Shown here in pieces: positions 19,449 to 27,997 of a stretch of DNA of 64,000 nucleotides (position 1 is its first letter; every line of letters starts with the position of its first letter). This stretch comes from an uncultured Candidatus Saccharibacteria bacterium (GTDB lineage Bacteria; Patescibacteriota; Minisyncoccia; Minisyncoccales; CG1-02-41-26). The position numbers and the translations under genes were made by a program. The notes beneath the pieces are model-generated. The model worked only from the letters and a program-made list of their open reading frames with translations, ran no database searches and had not been told where the DNA came from. The stretch is from NCBI GenBank assembly GCA_964562675.1, contig CAZLUG010000002.1, forward strand, positions 5,852-69,851, in the 5' to 3' direction.

Positions 19449-20498
19449 TTGAATAAAATTTTTATGAAGCGCACTAAAAATATTAAATTTCCTTCTGAAT
19501 TACGCTTTGACCCGATGGGAGAAGACTGGGTAGTTGTGGCAGTAGGGCGCGCCAAAAGACCTGAAATTTTAAAATGGCAACCTGCTAAGAGAGTTCGAAG
19601 TTCAAAAATTAATTGTCCATTTTGCCATCTCGAGACTCAAAAAAAACCTCTCTTAATTTTTGCCCAAGGAGAAAAAATTGTTTCCCCAAAAAAAATTCCT
19701 GCTCATTGGACAACGGCAGTTATCCCAAACAAATTTCCTGCTTTTCAACCAGCGAATTCTTTAAAAGTTATTCAAGAAGGGCCTTATAAATTAATGCCCG
19801 CTGTTGGTTTTCATGAATTAGTTATTACCAGAGACCACAAAAAACACATTGCTAAATTATCTCTTTCCGCTATCAGAGAAATGATTGATGCTTACCAGGA
19901 TAGATATTTATCTTTAAAAAATAAAAAATTCGTGAATTATATATCCATCTTTTGTAATCACCGAGCAGAGGCAGGTGCTTCTATTCCTCATCCTCACTCT
20001 CAAATTATAGCTATTCCCTTGATTGATTCTGATCTCCGCAAAGCTTTAGGAAATGCTAGGCGATATTATAAAAATCATCAAAAATGTCTTTATTGTGCAG
20101 GTAATGCTTTAGAAAAGAAAGAGAAAAAAAGAATTATTTTTGAAAATAAGGAATTTTTAGCTATCTGTCCGTTTGCCTCAAAGGTTGCTTTCGAGGTTAT
20201 TATTTCTCCCAAAAAACACCTTCCGTATTTTGAAAACATTACCTCGGAAGAAAAAAAATACTTGGCTGAGACTTTCAAAGTTGTTCTTTCTAAACTTGAT
20301 CGAGGGTTAAATAATCCTCCTTATAATTTCTATTTGCACACTGCTCCTTGCGATGGGCAGGATTATAGCTTTTATCATTGGCATTGGACGATTCTTCCGA
20401 AAACGGCTACAATGGCTGGCTTTGAATTAGGGGCAAGAATTGAGATTTCGACTATTGAACCAGAAAAGGCTGCTGAATATTTAAGAAAACAAAAATGA
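19449..20498 (+). CDS. galT: galactose-1-phosphate uridylyltransferase-family (GalT/HIT-like) protein
   Basis: 349 aa, similar in length to class I GalT (~348 aa). It has an N-terminal CPFC zinc motif and the HPHSQ active-site motif (GalT HPHGQ). Confidence 0.7.
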   Translation: MNKIFMKRTKNIKFPSELRFDPMGEDWVVVAVGRAKRPEILKWQPAKRVRSSKINCPFCHLETQKKPLLIFAQGEKIVSPKKIPAHWTTAVIPNKFPAFQPANSLKVIQEGPYKLMPAVGFHELVITRDHKKHIAKLSLSAIREMIDAYQDRYLSLKNKKFVNYISIFCNHRAEAGASIPHPHSQIIAIPLIDSDLRKALGNARRYYKNHQKCLYCAGNALEKKEKKRIIFENKEFLAICPFASKVAFEVIISPKKHLPYFENITSEEKKYLAETFKVVLSKLDRGLNNPPYNFYLHTAPCDGQDYSFYHWHWTILPKTATMAGFELGARIEISTIEPEKAAEYLRKQK

Positions 20499-20505
20499 TA
20501 TATTT

Positions 20506-21267
20506 ATGAGATTAATAGTGGCCAACTGGAAAATGAATCCGATTTCTTCAAAGAGAGCTCTCGAAATTTTTAATCAATTTTTAAGGGGTATAACAATCTC
20601 GCATACTGAGGTTATTATTTGTCCTCCATTTTTATATCTTCCATTTTTATCCACTAAGCTTAAGAAGCTAAAGGAAAAGAAAATTAAATTAGGGGCTCAG
20701 GATTGCGCTTTTGCTGAAAAAGGCGCTTTTACTGGTGAGATTTCTCCTTTGATGCTGAAAGACTTGGGGGTAAAATTTGTCATTCTCGGTCATTCTGAAC
20801 GCCGGATGATACTTAAAGAAACTGATGAAATCATCAACAAGAAATTAAAAGAAGCTTTGAAAACAGGCCTTCAACCCATTCTTTGTATTGGCGAGACAAT
20901 TGCTGAAAGGGAAAAAGGAAAAACTTTTTTAGTCTTGGAGAATGAAATTAAAAAGGGGTTAAAAGGAATATCACGCAGAGACGCTGCAAAAATTCTTTTT
21001 GCTTACGAACCGATTTGGGCAATTGGGAAAAGAGATTCATGCCCGGTTCATGAAGTAATGATTGAAGCGCTTTCAATCAGAAAAATTCTGACGGGGTTAT
21101 ATAATAAAAAAATTGCCAAATCAGCTAAGATTCTTTATGGAGGAAGTATAGATTCGACTAATGTAAATGATTATCTGCACAATTTTGCTCTCCAAGGTTT
21201 TTTAGTTGGAGGTTCTTCTATTGAACCAAAAGATTTTGTTAAAATAGTTAAGATTGCGGGAAAGTGA
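20506..21267 (+). CDS. tpiA: triosephosphate isomerase
   Basis: TIM motifs: IVANWKMN, ILGHSERR, GETIAERE, YEPIWAIGKR and YGGS. Confidence 0.93.
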   Translation: MRLIVANWKMNPISSKRALEIFNQFLRGITISHTEVIICPPFLYLPFLSTKLKKLKEKKIKLGAQDCAFAEKGAFTGEISPLMLKDLGVKFVILGHSERRMILKETDEIINKKLKEALKTGLQPILCIGETIAEREKGKTFLVLENEIKKGLKGISRRDAAKILFAYEPIWAIGKRDSCPVHEVMIEALSIRKILTGLYNKKIAKSAKILYGGSIDSTNVNDYLHNFALQGFLVGGSSIEPKDFVKIVKIAGK

Positions 21268-21838
21268 TTTTCAATATTATCCCCGGATTTTTTTCATTAC
21301 AGCTTTAGCGCTTAAATTTATGCTGAGTTTTAAAGAAGCTAACTTTTACAATCCAACTGTGGGACGATTGACGTTTCAAATGACTGTTCAGGAGATTTTG
21401 CGATATATGGCTGAAAAGCCCGAAAAATTTTACGATGTTGTGGTAGGGTGCGACTCCTCATCTGAAGAAATTCCCACTTTCCCAGTCGTTATTGTGGTCT
21501 TGAGGGTAGGAGAAGGAGGAAGATTTTTTATCAGGAAAATTTCTTATCCTTCAGCTCCAAGAGGTAAATTTCATAATTTTCACCAGAGAATCTTACAAGA
21601 AATCCTATTATCTTGTGAACTTGCTTTGTCATTAAAAGAAGAATTAAGCAAACAAATACGTATCAGGCACGCGAGTTTTCATTATCGGTTCCGTTATATC
21701 CATGCTGACATCGGGGAACAAGGCCCAACGAAAGATATGATTAAAGAAGTAGTAAATTTGATTCAAAGTAATGGTTTTGAAGCAAAGATTAAACCAGAAT
21801 CATTTGCTGCCTCAATAGTGGCAGATAGATTTACTTAA
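21254..21838 (+). CDS. hypothetical protein (possible RNase H-like fold; assignment tentative)
   Basis: ORF overlaps the tpiA stop by 14 nt. It has a DVVVGCDSS...VVIVVLRVGEGG beta-strand/acidic pattern and no recognisable catalytic signature. The actual start may be an internal Met (e.g. ~21320). Confidence 0.35.
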   Translation: MRESDFQYYPRIFFITALALKFMLSFKEANFYNPTVGRLTFQMTVQEILRYMAEKPEKFYDVVVGCDSSSEEIPTFPVVIVVLRVGEGGRFFIRKISYPSAPRGKFHNFHQRILQEILLSCELALSLKEELSKQIRIRHASFHYRFRYIHADIGEQGPTKDMIKEVVNLIQSNGFEAKIKPESFAASIVADRFT

Positions 21839-21845
21839 TTAAATT

Positions 21846-23711
21846 ATGAATTCTGCTGGTATAAGAAAAAAATTTTTGGATTTTTTCAAGAAAAATGGGC
21901 ATAAGATTATTTCTTCGAGCTCTTTAGTTCCCAATGATTCTACCGTTCTTTTTACTTCGGCCGGGATGCAGCAATTAGCTCCTTATTTATCAGGGGAAAA
22001 AGACGTTATAAAAGATTTTGGTCAAAGGCACCTCGCTTCTTGCCAGAAGTGCCTGAGAACGGGAGATATTGATGCGATAGGAGATGACACTCACCATACT
22101 TTTTTTGAAATGTTGGGGAACTGGTCAATTGGCCAAGATAAAGATGGATACTTTAAAGAGAAAGCGATTAAGTATTCTTTAGATTTTCTTTGTAATGTTT
22201 TGAAGCTCGAAAAGAAACGGCTGTGGGTAACAATTTTTAAAGGTGATGGAAAAATTCCTCGAGACGAGGCGTCTTTAAGGATTTGGCAGGAAAATGGAAT
22301 TCCCCGATCTAGAATTAGGGAGTTTGGCATGGAAGACAATTTCTGGGGTCCCGTTAGAGAAACTGGCCCATGCGGTCCCTGTACTGAAATTCACTATGAC
22401 CGCGGAGAAAAATTTGGTTGTGGCCGCGCTGATTGTGGTCCAAATTGTCCATACTGCCAACGATTTGTAGAGGTTTGGAATTTGGTTTTTATGGAGTATG
22501 ACAAGCAATTAATGTCTACCCAAAAAGGGAAGCCGGCTTATATCTATAAAAAATTGCCCCAGAAAAACGTTGATACAGGTATGGGATTTGAAAGATTAAT
22601 TTCTATTTTAGAGAAAAAACCCTCTGCTTATGAAACTGATATTTTTTCTTTAGCGTTGAAAACTGTTATTCAAAAGTCTCCCTATGAATACGATGGACGC
22701 CAAAAACAATTCAGAATTTTGGTAGACCACTTGAGAGCAGTAATCTTTCTAGCCGCTGAAGGGTTAACTCCAAGCAATTTAGGCAGGGGATACATTTTAC
22801 GGCGGATTCTCAGAAGAATTATGAGATATGCTAAAGAGCTTGAATTGCCAAAACAATGGTATGTAGATTGTATAAAGGCTTTTTTAAAAACTTATCAATC
22901 TTTTTATCCGGAGCTTTTGCGGAAAGAATCTGAAACTCTTGTTATTATCCAAAATGAGGAAGAAAAATTTCAAAAGACGCTACGCCAGGGCTTAAAAGAA
23001 TTTAAGAAACTTATATTTTCAAAAACCCAAAGAAGTAAATCAAAAATAATCACGGGCCGAGAAGCTTTTGAACTTTATGAAACTTATGGGTTTCCCTTGG
23101 AATTTACAAAAGAAATGGCTCTAGAACAAGGGTTTGGAGTCGAGGAGAAAGAATTCAAGGAAGCCTTAGAGCAACACCGAATAGTATCCCGTCGAGGCGC
23201 TAAAGAGAAATTTGGAGGACACGGAATCAAAGAAGATAATCCAAGCTTTTCAAAGGATAATCTTAAAATTATAAGACTTCACACAGCCACTCATCTGCTT
23301 CAAGCAGCTTTGAGAAAAATTTTAGGTAAGGAGGTTTCTCAGAAAGGCTCTGACATTAATGCTGAAAGGCTACGATTTGATTTTTCTTTTAATCGAAAGC
23401 TGACTCAAGAGGAGATTAGAAAAGTAGAGGATTTAGTCAATGGGAAAATCCGGGAGAATTTAAAAGTACGGTGGGAAAAGATGCCCAAGAGTCAAGCGCT
23501 GGCTTCTAAAGCTTTGGCGTTTTTCCCTGAAAAATATCCGGATGTAGTGAGAGTGTACACTATTTTTAACCCTGAAACCGGTGAGGTTTTTTCTCAAGAA
23601 ATTTGCGCTGGACCCCACGTGGAGAGTATATTAGAATTAGGTAAGTTTAAAATTATAAAAGAGAATTCTTTAGGACGAGGAATACGGCGGATTAAAGCAA
23701 TTCTAAAATAA
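21846..23711 (+). CDS. alaS: alanyl-tRNA synthetase, shortened form (catalytic + editing domains, no C-Ala domain)
   Basis: The AlaRS N-terminus is FLDFFKKNGHKIISSSSLVPNDSTVLFTSAGMQQ...FFEMLGNWSIG. The editing-domain motifs are HTATHLLQAAL and CAGPHV. It is only 621 aa against ~870 aa for typical bacterial AlaRS. Confidence 0.88.
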   Translation: MNSAGIRKKFLDFFKKNGHKIISSSSLVPNDSTVLFTSAGMQQLAPYLSGEKDVIKDFGQRHLASCQKCLRTGDIDAIGDDTHHTFFEMLGNWSIGQDKDGYFKEKAIKYSLDFLCNVLKLEKKRLWVTIFKGDGKIPRDEASLRIWQENGIPRSRIREFGMEDNFWGPVRETGPCGPCTEIHYDRGEKFGCGRADCGPNCPYCQRFVEVWNLVFMEYDKQLMSTQKGKPAYIYKKLPQKNVDTGMGFERLISILEKKPSAYETDIFSLALKTVIQKSPYEYDGRQKQFRILVDHLRAVIFLAAEGLTPSNLGRGYILRRILRRIMRYAKELELPKQWYVDCIKAFLKTYQSFYPELLRKESETLVIIQNEEEKFQKTLRQGLKEFKKLIFSKTQRSKSKIITGREAFELYETYGFPLEFTKEMALEQGFGVEEKEFKEALEQHRIVSRRGAKEKFGGHGIKEDNPSFSKDNLKIIRLHTATHLLQAALRKILGKEVSQKGSDINAERLRFDFSFNRKLTQEEIRKVEDLVNGKIRENLKVRWEKMPKSQALASKALAFFPEKYPDVVRVYTIFNPETGEVFSQEICAGPHVESILELGKFKIIKENSLGRGIRRIKAILK

Positions 23712-23735
23712 TCACCAAGGAAAAATAAAAAAAGT

Positions 23736-24932
23736 ATGGTTTTGCCTTTCTTTAAAATATTTTCTGCTAGGACACCTTCGCGGAAGGATTTTCTTTTCTT
23801 GGCTATTGGCAATAACCAGGTAGAGGGGTTAGTATTTCAAAAAACAATAGATAAAAAAATAAAAGTTTTGGCTTATGACCGTGAGCCCATTGAACTTTTT
23901 GGGATTTTTGAAACCAGGAATTTTTACAATGAAGTTTTGAAACGGTCTATTTTTAAAATTTTGAAATCTCTCCAGCTTGAACGAGGAAAATTTACCGAGG
24001 TGTTTGTTAACCTAGGTCCAAGAGATTTAAAAAGTTATGTTTCTTATATTAATTTTCACCGAAAAAATCCTGGAAAGATTTCCGAAAAGGAGAAAGATGA
24101 TATTTTAGATTTTGCCTTTAAGGAATCAGCTAACGAGCTTTATGAAAAATTTTCTCGAAATGCTACCAATTCTGCAAAAAAAGATATTAAACTCATCAGA
24201 CGTAAAATTTTGGATATTAAAATTTCCGGATATTCTGTGCCGACTTTAGTTGGTTACACTGGGAAAGATATTGGGTTGAGAATTCTTTCGATTTTAGGAT
24301 ATCAATCAGAGCTTAAGAGATACACAAACATACTTCAATATTTTGGTTTTAAGAAAATTGATTTTAGAAGCAAAGCCGAGGGACTTGCGGATTGGCTAGA
24401 GCAAAAAAAGAAAGATTCCGAAAAGTACTCCGCGACCATTTTAGATGTAACTTCAAATAACACCCAAGTTTTCTTGATTCAGAAAAACTGCTTAGATTGG
24501 GTAGGAGAATTTAAAATAGGCGAAAATAATTTTTTAGAAGTTCTGTCAAAGAAATTTGGCATGCAATCTTCAATGGCTTCTCAATTAGTTGAAAAATTTA
24601 TTAGAGGGAAATTAGAGAAAAATTTAACAAAAGAACTTGAGAAATATTTTTCGTTGCCTTTTAATACTTGGTGCGATCAGCTAAAGTACGAGCTTGAAGA
24701 ATTTAAAAAGAGAAATTTTATTTTTGTTCAATCTTTCCACTTTCTTGAGAATACAATTCTCATTCCTCTTCTGCGTTCTAGCTCGGGAAAGAATACTTTT
24801 GGAGAGTTGATCATTCTAGAGAATTTTAAAATTTCTTCTTTACGGCCGAAAGATTTTTCTATCAAGGCTAATTCTCGCTATCTCAATAATCCACTTGCTA
24901 CGAGAATTACTTTATTAGCTTTAGGAACTTAA
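23736..24932 (+). CDS. hypothetical protein, possibly actin-like ATPase (FtsA/PilM-like)
   Basis: ~400 aa. The N-terminal segment FLFLAIGNNQVEGLVFQ weakly resembles the phosphate-1 loop of FtsA/PilM, and the size fits, but there is no firm motif match. Confidence 0.3.
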   Translation: MVLPFFKIFSARTPSRKDFLFLAIGNNQVEGLVFQKTIDKKIKVLAYDREPIELFGIFETRNFYNEVLKRSIFKILKSLQLERGKFTEVFVNLGPRDLKSYVSYINFHRKNPGKISEKEKDDILDFAFKESANELYEKFSRNATNSAKKDIKLIRRKILDIKISGYSVPTLVGYTGKDIGLRILSILGYQSELKRYTNILQYFGFKKIDFRSKAEGLADWLEQKKKDSEKYSATILDVTSNNTQVFLIQKNCLDWVGEFKIGENNFLEVLSKKFGMQSSMASQLVEKFIRGKLEKNLTKELEKYFSLPFNTWCDQLKYELEEFKKRNFIFVQSFHFLENTILIPLLRSSSGKNTFGELIILENFKISSLRPKDFSIKANSRYLNNPLATRITLLALGT

Positions 24933-24935
24933 TAT

Positions 24936-26192
24936 ATGATCAAGAAAATTTTTGATATTAAACCACCGGAGAAGGACGAAAGAGTTGTTCAATCTTTCCC
25001 GGAAAAAACTGGATTGCCAAAACAACACTCAATCCATTTGAAAAAAATTCTCTTTTTTGGTTTAGGACTATTGATTTTTAGTCTTGGCATGGTCGTCATT
25101 ATTGATTTAAACTCAAAAATGATAATTGAGTTAACGCCTCGCGAGAGGATTATCACAGCTACCACGACTGTTCAGGCTATCTCTGAAACATCAGCTTCTA
25201 CCTCCCAAGAAAAGGCTATTAACACCCAGTTATTGAAAATTCACCAAGACGCCACAGAGAAATTTTCAGCGACGGGGGAAAAAACCGAAGAAGGGAAGGC
25301 AAAAGGAACAATACGTATTTATAATAAAAGTCTTTCTTCTCAGACAATAGTTTTTCGAGCGGGTACCCGTTTTTTATCTTCAGATGGCTCAAAAACTTTT
25401 GTTTCTCCCAAAAAAATCTATATTCCTGCTAGCTATTTTAAAAACGGGAAAAGACTGCCAGGTACGGTAGATGTCACAGTTGAAGCTGTGGAGCCGGGAC
25501 CGGACTATAATATTGGGCCCTCGAAATTTTCTGTTCCTGGATTGTCGGGCGATGCTTTATATTACAGTATTTACGGCGAATCAAATTCTTCGTTTTCCGG
25601 TGGTTTTAAAAAGAGCGTTAAGGTAGTCAGTAAAAGTGACTTGGAAAAGGCTAAACAAAATCTTCGAGGAGAACTTTTACATAATGCGAATCAGAGTTTA
25701 AAGCAAAAATTGCCCAAGGATTTCGTTTTTCTCAAAAAAAGCACTTCTACAGAATCACTAAAAATTTCTTGTTCCCAGAAATCTGGTGATGTTGTTTCGG
25801 CGTTTTCTTGTCAAGGAGATATTTTTTTAGAAGCTTTGGTTTTTGACGGCAAAGAATTAGAAAGTATTGCCAAAAAAATTGTTTTAAAGCAACTTTTGGA
25901 CTCAGAAGCTATTAATGAAAATAGTTTATCTTTTCACTACGATGTAGAGAATTTAGATATCAAAAAAGGGACAGCAACCCTTAGTATAAATTCTTTAGTC
26001 AAAGTTTATAAGAAAATAGACAAAAATTTTCTAAAATCAAGAATTAAGGGTGAATCAGAAAGCACAATGAGAAACATTATAGCCAGTGAATTTCCCGAAA
26101 TTCAGAAAGCGGAAATTAAAATATTTCCCTTTTGGCTGCATTCGGCGCCGAAGAATGAAAACAAAATTACTTTTGTTTTAAAACTAAATTAG
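24936..26192 (+). CDS. hypothetical bitopic membrane protein (short cytoplasmic N-terminus, one TM, large extracytoplasmic domain)
   Basis: The TM helix LFFGLGLLIFSLGMVVII lies ~35 aa from the N-terminus. The remainder is Ser/Thr/Lys-rich and beta-rich. It directly follows the FtsA/PilM-like gene. Confidence 0.4.
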   Translation: MIKKIFDIKPPEKDERVVQSFPEKTGLPKQHSIHLKKILFFGLGLLIFSLGMVVIIDLNSKMIIELTPRERIITATTTVQAISETSASTSQEKAINTQLLKIHQDATEKFSATGEKTEEGKAKGTIRIYNKSLSSQTIVFRAGTRFLSSDGSKTFVSPKKIYIPASYFKNGKRLPGTVDVTVEAVEPGPDYNIGPSKFSVPGLSGDALYYSIYGESNSSFSGGFKKSVKVVSKSDLEKAKQNLRGELLHNANQSLKQKLPKDFVFLKKSTSTESLKISCSQKSGDVVSAFSCQGDIFLEALVFDGKELESIAKKIVLKQLLDSEAINENSLSFHYDVENLDIKKGTATLSINSLVKVYKKIDKNFLKSRIKGESESTMRNIIASEFPEIQKAEIKIFPFWLHSAPKNENKITFVLKLN

Positions 26193-26280
26193 CCTGAAAT
26201 TTTGCCAGTGGAGAATTTACTTTTGTCATCGGCAGCAATGGAAAAAGTTGACGTTTAAATAAATTTTTGCTAAGATAAAT

Positions 26281-26514
26281 TTGGATTTAGTTAAATTAAT
26301 GTTAAAGAAAAATCAAGCAAGAGGGGAAGTTATTGAGGCCTTGCCCAGCCTCTCTTTTAAGGTAAAATTGGAGAATGGACAGGAAGTCCTTGCTCGTTTA
26401 AGAGGAAAGTTAAGAGTTTATAGAATTAAGATTTTGCCGGGGGATAAAGTGATTGTTGAAATAAGCCCTTACGACAAAACTAAAGGTAGAATTATTTACC
26501 GACTTAAGTATTGA
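26281..26514 (+). CDS. infA: translation initiation factor IF-1
   Basis: IF-1 S1-like fold: [62 protein letters not shown]. Confidence 0.9.
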   Translation: MDLVKLMLKKNQARGEVIEALPSLSFKVKLENGQEVLARLRGKLRVYRIKILPGDKVIVEISPYDKTKGRIIYRLKY

Positions 26515-26596
26515 AAGACAACCAGCAAAGAGGCTTAGCGAGCAATAACTTCATTCCATTTTTAACGGCAGAAGCCGATTTTCTTATTTAGGTATT

Positions 26597-26713
26597 ATGA
26601 AAGTTCGTTCATCAGTGAAGAAAATTTGTGATAATTGTAAAATTGTCCGCCGAAAAGGGAAAGTCTATGTGATTTGTAAAAATCCTAAGCATAAACAAAG
26701 GCAAGGGAGGTGA
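26597..26713 (+). CDS. rpmJ: 50S ribosomal protein L36
   Basis: Not in the ORF track because it is under 60 aa. Translation gives [38 protein letters not shown], a canonical bL36 zinc ribbon. Confidence 0.9.
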   Translation: MKVRSSVKKICDNCKIVRRKGKVYVICKNPKHKQRQGR

Positions 26714-26756
26714 TTTTGCTATTTAAAGGTTTTTTGAATTTTGTTAAATTTATTTT

Positions 26757-27146
26757 ATGGTACGTATTGTAGGCGTTAGTATTCCTGACGAAAAATATAT
26801 AGATATTGCTCTAACCTATATTTATGGTATAGGTCGTTCTTTGGCTAACAAAATTTTGCAAGAAACAAAAATCAGTTCTTCAAAAAAAACAAAAGATTTG
26901 AGCGAGGAAGAATTAAACCGGATTAAAAAGTTTATCGATGATCATTTTGTCATTGAAGGAGAACTTCGCCGCCAAGTAGTTTCAAACATTAGAAGGTTAA
27001 AGGGCATAGAATGTTGGCGAGGAATTCGTCATCTCAAGGGGTTGCCTGTTCGCGGACAGAAAACGAGAAAGAATTCCAGGACAGTACGGGGGAATATTAG
27101 AAAAACAGTAGGATCAGGGCACAAAGCTCCTCCGGCGCCGAAATAG
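26757..27146 (+). CDS. rpsM: 30S ribosomal protein S13
   Basis: uS13 pattern: MVRIVGVSIPDEKYIDIALTYIYGIGRSLANKIL...LKGLPVRGQKTRKNSRT. Confidence 0.95.
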   Translation: MVRIVGVSIPDEKYIDIALTYIYGIGRSLANKILQETKISSSKKTKDLSEEELNRIKKFIDDHFVIEGELRRQVVSNIRRLKGIECWRGIRHLKGLPVRGQKTRKNSRTVRGNIRKTVGSGHKAPPAPK

Positions 27147-27205
27147 TTTTCAGATAAATACTAAAATTTTGTTGAGATAACTTATTAATTTATTTTTCAA
27201 AAAGT

Positions 27206-27658
27206 ATGGGAAAGAAACGAGTTATTCATAGGACAAAAGAAGAAATTCTCAAAGAAGGGGAAAGAATAGAGAAAGCTGTTAGCAAGGAAATTAAAACAAA
27301 AGTTTTGCCAAAGATTAGGGAAGGCAGGTTTTATATTTTTTCAAGTTACAATAATACAATAGTTTCCCTCACCGATGACAAGGGAGATGTCTTAGCCCAG
27401 AGAAGTGCAGGAGCCATTGGCTTTAAAGGAACAAAAAAGGGTACTTCTTTCGCTGCTTCACGTGTAGCTCAAGTTATGGTAAATATTGCCGAAAAGCTTA
27501 AAATTCAGAAAATTCATATCTTTGTTAAGGGAATTGGCAGTGGGCGAGAATCTGTTCTCCGCACTTTAATGAATTATGGATTTGACGTTCTTTCTATCCA
27601 AGATGTCACACCTATTCCCCATAATGGTTGTCGGCCAAAAAAAGTCAGAAGGGTATAG
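27206..27658 (+). CDS. rpsK: 30S ribosomal protein S11
   Basis: uS11 pattern: IFSSYNNTIVSLTDDKGDVLAQRSAGAIGFKGTKKGTSFAA...IFVKGIGSGRESVLRTL. Confidence 0.95.
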   Translation: MGKKRVIHRTKEEILKEGERIEKAVSKEIKTKVLPKIREGRFYIFSSYNNTIVSLTDDKGDVLAQRSAGAIGFKGTKKGTSFAASRVAQVMVNIAEKLKIQKIHIFVKGIGSGRESVLRTLMNYGFDVLSIQDVTPIPHNGCRPKKVRRV

Positions 27659-27738
27659 CAATAATATTTGTTTTTGAGATTTTGTTTGGGGGAAATAGTA
27701 TATTTATTAGAAATAAAAAATATTAATTATTTAGAGTT

Positions 27739-27801
27739 ATTATATTCATTCTTGTATGCAGAAAAATGCTTGTAAAATTTGTAGAAGGTTAGGGCAAAAA
27801 C
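27739..27801 (+). repeat. direct repeat copy 1 (63 bp, identical to 27935..27997): 17 nt of 5' leader + first 15 codons of rpsD
   Basis: Exact 63/63 match at an offset of 196 bp. Mismatches flank both ends (27738 vs 27934, 27802 vs 27998). Confidence 0.9.
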
Positions 27802-27935
27802 GCCGCTCCGCTTTCCAGACCCTGGCGGTTCTGGCGTCCCGTTTTCAACGGGACTGTTTCCACTACGGAGAAACATTCTGTTTCCCCGCCCCCTTTTTGG
27901 GTTTTTGCCCTAAAAGGAGTAATATCATAGATTAA
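27756..27935 (+). CDS. upstream ORF (59 codons): first 15 codons of S4 fused to read-through of the GC-rich insert
   Basis: ATG 27756 reads MQKNACKICRRLGQK, then out of S4 sequence through the structured element, and stops at TAA 27933-27935, 17 nt before the authentic rpsD ATG. It is below the 60-aa ORF-track cutoff. Whether it is translated is unknown. Confidence 0.3.
   Translation: MQKNACKICRRLGQKRRSAFQTLAVLASRFQRDCFHYGETFCFPAPFLGFCPKRSNIID
27792..27910 (+). ncRNA. GC-rich (~60% GC) multi-hairpin RNA element closed by a 10-bp outer stem, embedded in the rpsD leader
   Basis: Outer stem: GGGCAAAAAC (27792-27801) pairs with GTTTTTGCCC (27901-27910). Internal perfect hairpins: CCAGA/TCTGG (27815-27834), GTCCCG-TTTTCAA-CGGGAC (27836-27854) and TGTTTC-CACTACGGA-GAAACA (27855-27875). 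This is strikingly GC-rich against the ~35% GC background. Confidence 0.55.
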
Positions 27936-27997
27936 TTATATTCATTCTTGTATGCAGAAAAATGCTTGTAAAATTTGTAGAAGGTTAGGGCAAAAAC
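27935..27997 (+). repeat. direct repeat copy 2 (63 bp), containing the authentic rpsD start
   Basis: Identical to 27739..27801. ATG 27952 continues into the full-length S4 ORF. Confidence 0.9.

Noticed and set aside
27792-27910. Possibility that the GC-rich insert before rpsD is a hammerhead, twister or other small self-cleaving ribozyme, or a group I/II intron
   Set aside because: No CUGAnGA...GAAA hammerhead core on either strand. It is too short for group I/II introns. No intron would need the observed exon duplication. It is kept as an unclassified structured element instead.
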